Shown one piece after another: positions 61,224 to 64,000 of a stretch of 64,000 nt of DNA. The position numbers and the translations under genes are program-made. The DNA is from an uncultured Alphaproteobacteria bacterium (GTDB lineage: Bacteria > Pseudomonadota > Alphaproteobacteria > Rhizobiales > Xanthobacteraceae): the NCBI GenBank assembly GCA_963721935.1, contig CAVRMY010000055.1, forward strand, positions 21,151-85,150. Reading direction: 5' to 3'. Numbering within the stretch: the first letter of the stretch is position 1; every line of letters starts with the position of its first letter. The notes under the pieces were generated by a model, which saw only the letters and a list, made by a program, of their open reading frames with translations, was not told where the DNA came from and searched no databases.

Positions 61224-63575
61224 TTACTCGGCCGCAAGCGGCTTTCCGGCTTCCGCCTTGAGCTCCGCCCGGGTCTTCGGCTTAGCCTTAATTTTCAGCT
61301 CCTCGAAATCCTGCCGTTCTCTCTCGCTGTTGCGGAAAATCTGCTCCTTGCCGGGCAGATATTGCGGCGGGCAGAACACCCCATCGGCGCGGTACCAGGC
61401 CGCCGCCTTCAGCGTGAAGGCAGGGTCAATCAGATGAGGCCGCCCCAGCGCCACCAGGTCCGCCCGCCCGGCGGCGAGGATGGTATTGACCTGGTCTGCC
61501 GTCGTGATGTTGCCGACACACATGGTCGCCACGCGGGCCTCGTTGCGGACCTGGTCGGAAAACGGCGTCTGGAACATGCGGCCATAGACGGGCCGCGAGT
61601 CGCACACCGTTTGCCCGGTGGAAACATCGACCAGGTCTACGCCGGCTTCGGCAAAGGCGCGCGCGATTTCCACGGCATCATCGCCGGTGATGCCGCCATC
61701 GGCCCAGTCGGTGGCGGAGATGCGCACCGACATCGGTTTGTGCGCAGGCCATACCGCTCGTAGTGCCTCGAATATTTCGAGCGGATAGCGCAGACGGTTC
61801 GCCAGCGAACCGCCATAAGCATCCGTGCGTTCGTTGGTGAGCGGCGAAATGAAGCTCGCTAGCAGATAGCCGTGGGCGCAGTGCAGTTCCAGCATGTCGA
61901 AGCCGCACATCTCGCCCCGCTCGGCAGAAGCCACGAACTCCGCCTTGACCGCATCCATCGCGGCGCGGTCCATCTCGCGCGGCACCTGGCTATCCGGAAA
62001 GTACGGAAGTGGGGAAGCGGAGATGACGTCCCATCCGCCCTCTTCCAGCGGACGATCCATCCCGTCCCACATCAGCCTGGTGGCCCCCTTGCGCCCGGCG
62101 TGGCCCAGTTGCAGGCAAATCCTTGCCGCGGAATTGGCGTGGACGAAATCGACGATATGTTGCCAGGCGGCCTGCTGCTCGTCATTCCACAGACCTGCGC
62201 AGCCCGGCGTGATGCGTGCATCGCGCCCGACGCAGGTCATTTCGGTAAAGATCAGGCCGGCGCCTCCGAGTGCACGCGATCCGTAGTGCACAAAATGGAA
62301 ATCGTTGGGAACGCCTTCCTTCGCCGAGTACATGCACATCGGGGACACCACCGTGCGATTGGCGAGCGTCATTTCGCGTAGCCGCAAGGGCTGGAACATC
62401 GGCGCAAGAGGCTTGTCGGCGTCGACCTTGAAACCCCTTGCGCGGACTTGCCGGGCGAACGCCTTATCAACCTCATGGACAAAATCAGGTGCCCGCAGCA
62501 TCAGATTGTCATAGGTGATTGCCTTGGCCCGCGTCATGACGCCGAACGCAAACTGCACGGGATCGAAATCCCAGAACCGATCGACATGCTCGAACCACAC
62601 CAGCGAGACGTCTGCTGCGTGTTGGGTCTTCTCGACCTCCTCGCGGCGTCCCTGCTCGTACCGCTGCAGGGCGGCCGCAATGTTTGGCGCACGGTGCATG
62701 GCGTCTGCCAGCGCAATCGCGTCTTCCATGGCAAGCTTGGTGCCCGAACCGATCGAGAAATGTGCAGTGGCCTTGGCGTCGCCGATCAGAACCATGTTGT
62801 CCCTGACCCACCGCTTGCTGCGGATCATCGGAAAATTTCGCCACATCGAGCGGTTTGTCAGGACCGGATGACCTTCGAGGAACCAGCCGAAGATCTCTGC
62901 CATTCGAGCGGCCGATTGCTTCTCGTCAAGACCACCAAGCCCGGCGCGTTTGAAGGTTTCCGGATCGGTCTCGAAGATCCAGGTGGAGCGGCCGGCCTCA
63001 TATTGATAGGCATGGGCAATAAAGGGGCCGAACTCGGTCTCCTGAAAGATAAAGGTGAAGGCATCGAGCGGCCGCGTCGAACCCATCCAGGCGAACATGT
63101 TGGAGCGCAGATCCACCTCGGACTGAAAATGCTCGATATATTTCTCGCGGAAGCGGCTGTTGATGCCGTCGGAAATCACTACCAGGTCGGCGTCGGCAAA
63201 ACGGGCTTCATCCTCGATCTCGATCTCGAAGGTCAGGGTGACGCCAAGTTCACGCGCCCGCTCCTGCAGTATCAAGAGCAGCTTGCGGCGCGAGCAGCCG
63301 CAAAAGCCGTTGCCGCCGACGCGGTGCACGCTGCCGCGGAAATGCACTGCGATATCGTCCCAATAGGCGAATTCCTGGGTGATGCGGCGATAGCTCGGAA
63401 GATCGTATTTTTCGAAATTGTCCAGTGTCGCGTCCGAGAACACCACGCCGAAACCGAACGTATCGTCGGCGCGGTTGCGCTCATAGACCGTGATCTCGGC
63501 GTCGGGGCGCTGCTTCTGGAGCAGGATCGCCGAATAAAGACCGGCCGGTCCGCCACCGATGATCGCGATCTTCAT
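61224..63575 (-). CDS. abmA: Bifunctional anthraniloyl-CoA/salicylyl-CoA monooxygenase-reductase
   Basis: N-terminal FAD monooxygenase ([31 protein letters not shown]) fused to an Old Yellow Enzyme domain ([16 protein letters not shown]). Confidence 0.9.
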   Translation of the reverse strand: MKIAIIGGGPAGLYSAILLQKQRPDAEITVYERNRADDTFGFGVVFSDATLDNFEKYDLPSYRRITQEFAYWDDIAVHFRGSVHRVGGNGFCGCSRRKLLLILQERARELGVTLTFEIEIEDEARFADADLVVISDGINSRFREKYIEHFQSEVDLRSNMFAWMGSTRPLDAFTFIFQETEFGPFIAHAYQYEAGRSTWIFETDPETFKRAGLGGLDEKQSAARMAEIFGWFLEGHPVLTNRSMWRNFPMIRSKRWVRDNMVLIGDAKATAHFSIGSGTKLAMEDAIALADAMHRAPNIAAALQRYEQGRREEVEKTQHAADVSLVWFEHVDRFWDFDPVQFAFGVMTRAKAITYDNLMLRAPDFVHEVDKAFARQVRARGFKVDADKPLAPMFQPLRLREMTLANRTVVSPMCMYSAKEGVPNDFHFVHYGSRALGGAGLIFTEMTCVGRDARITPGCAGLWNDEQQAAWQHIVDFVHANSAARICLQLGHAGRKGATRLMWDGMDRPLEEGGWDVISASPLPYFPDSQVPREMDRAAMDAVKAEFVASAERGEMCGFDMLELHCAHGYLLASFISPLTNERTDAYGGSLANRLRYPLEIFEALRAVWPAHKPMSVRISATDWADGGITGDDAVEIARAFAEAGVDLVDVSTGQTVCDSRPVYGRMFQTPFSDQVRNEARVATMCVGNITTADQVNTILAAGRADLVALGRPHLIDPAFTLKAAAWYRADGVFCPPQYLPGKEQIFRNSERERQDFEELKIKAKPKTRAELKAEAGKPLAAE

Positions 63576-63614
63576 GGGAACCTCATCTGCCAGGGTTCAT
63601 CCAAACCTCAATTA

Positions 63615-63633
63615 TTTTAAACATAAAGCAATT
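63615..63633. promoter_or_regulatory. Candidate operator copy D, overlapping a TTGCCG-N17-TAAAAT promoter on minus
   Basis: TTTTAAACATAAAGCAATT about 40 nt upstream of the abmA-like start. Confidence 0.62.
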
Positions 63634-63699
63634 CGCCGGCAAGCCCGCCGTAAGGTCCCGGTTCGAGACGGCGCTTCGCACCTCCTCACCACGAGGAAT

Positions 63700-64000
63700 T
63701 CAATTACCCTGGAACACCGGCTTTGCCTTGCTCGAAAACGCCTCGTACGCACGGGTAAAATCCGCCGTCGTCATGCACAGCGCCTGCGCGATGGCCTCGG
63801 CCTCGATCGCCTCCTCAACCGACATCGCCCACTCCATCGCCAGCATCCGCTTGGTCATGGTGTTGGCGAAAGTCGGCCCCGCTGCGATTTCCCTGGCCAC
63901 GGCCTGCGCCTGCGGAAGAACCTCGGCTGGCGCAACGATGCGGCTGAAGAAGCCCCAGCGTTCGCCCTCCTCCGCGGTCATGAAGCGGCCGGTGTAAAGC
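63700..64000 (-). CDS. Enoyl-CoA hydratase family protein, 5' part beyond the window
   Basis: EEGERWGFF, TKRMLAMEWAM, QALCMTTADF, KAKPVFQGN. Confidence 0.85.
   Translation of the reverse strand, partial: LYTGRFMTAEEGERWGFFSRIVAPAEVLPQAQAVAREIAAGPTFANTMTKRMLAMEWAMSVEEAIEAEAIAQALCMTTADFTRAYEAFSSKAKPVFQGN

Overview
A high-GC alphaproteobacterial chromosome segment; gene content and intergenic repeats suggest a Bradyrhizobium-like host (inference). The most striking element is an IS110-family insertion sequence (about 730-2034, minus strand) whose 5' non-coding end folds into a bridge-RNA architecture. Its four guide segments match its own insertion site and its predicted circle junction base for base, and the target lies inside a long structured intergenic repeat. 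The rest is mostly catabolic and transport genes: a Mo-hydroxylase/Bug/TRAP cluster with a signal-less ModA-like protein; an SdhA-like/SdhB-like/HdrB-like (CCG) module whose flavoprotein appears to lack the succinate/fumarate catalytic residues, beside a Liv-type ABC transporter; a frameshifted porin; surface-glycan acylation genes; a FixK/FNR-type microoxic remnant with a deletion scar; and an anthraniloyl-CoA (abm-like) cluster with a four-copy candidate MarR operator. An orphan secreted protein with one CxxCH motif and several REP/MITE-like palindromic repeat families are also present. I saw no rRNA, tRNA or CRISPR array. All family calls come from motif recognition by eye; no database searches were run.
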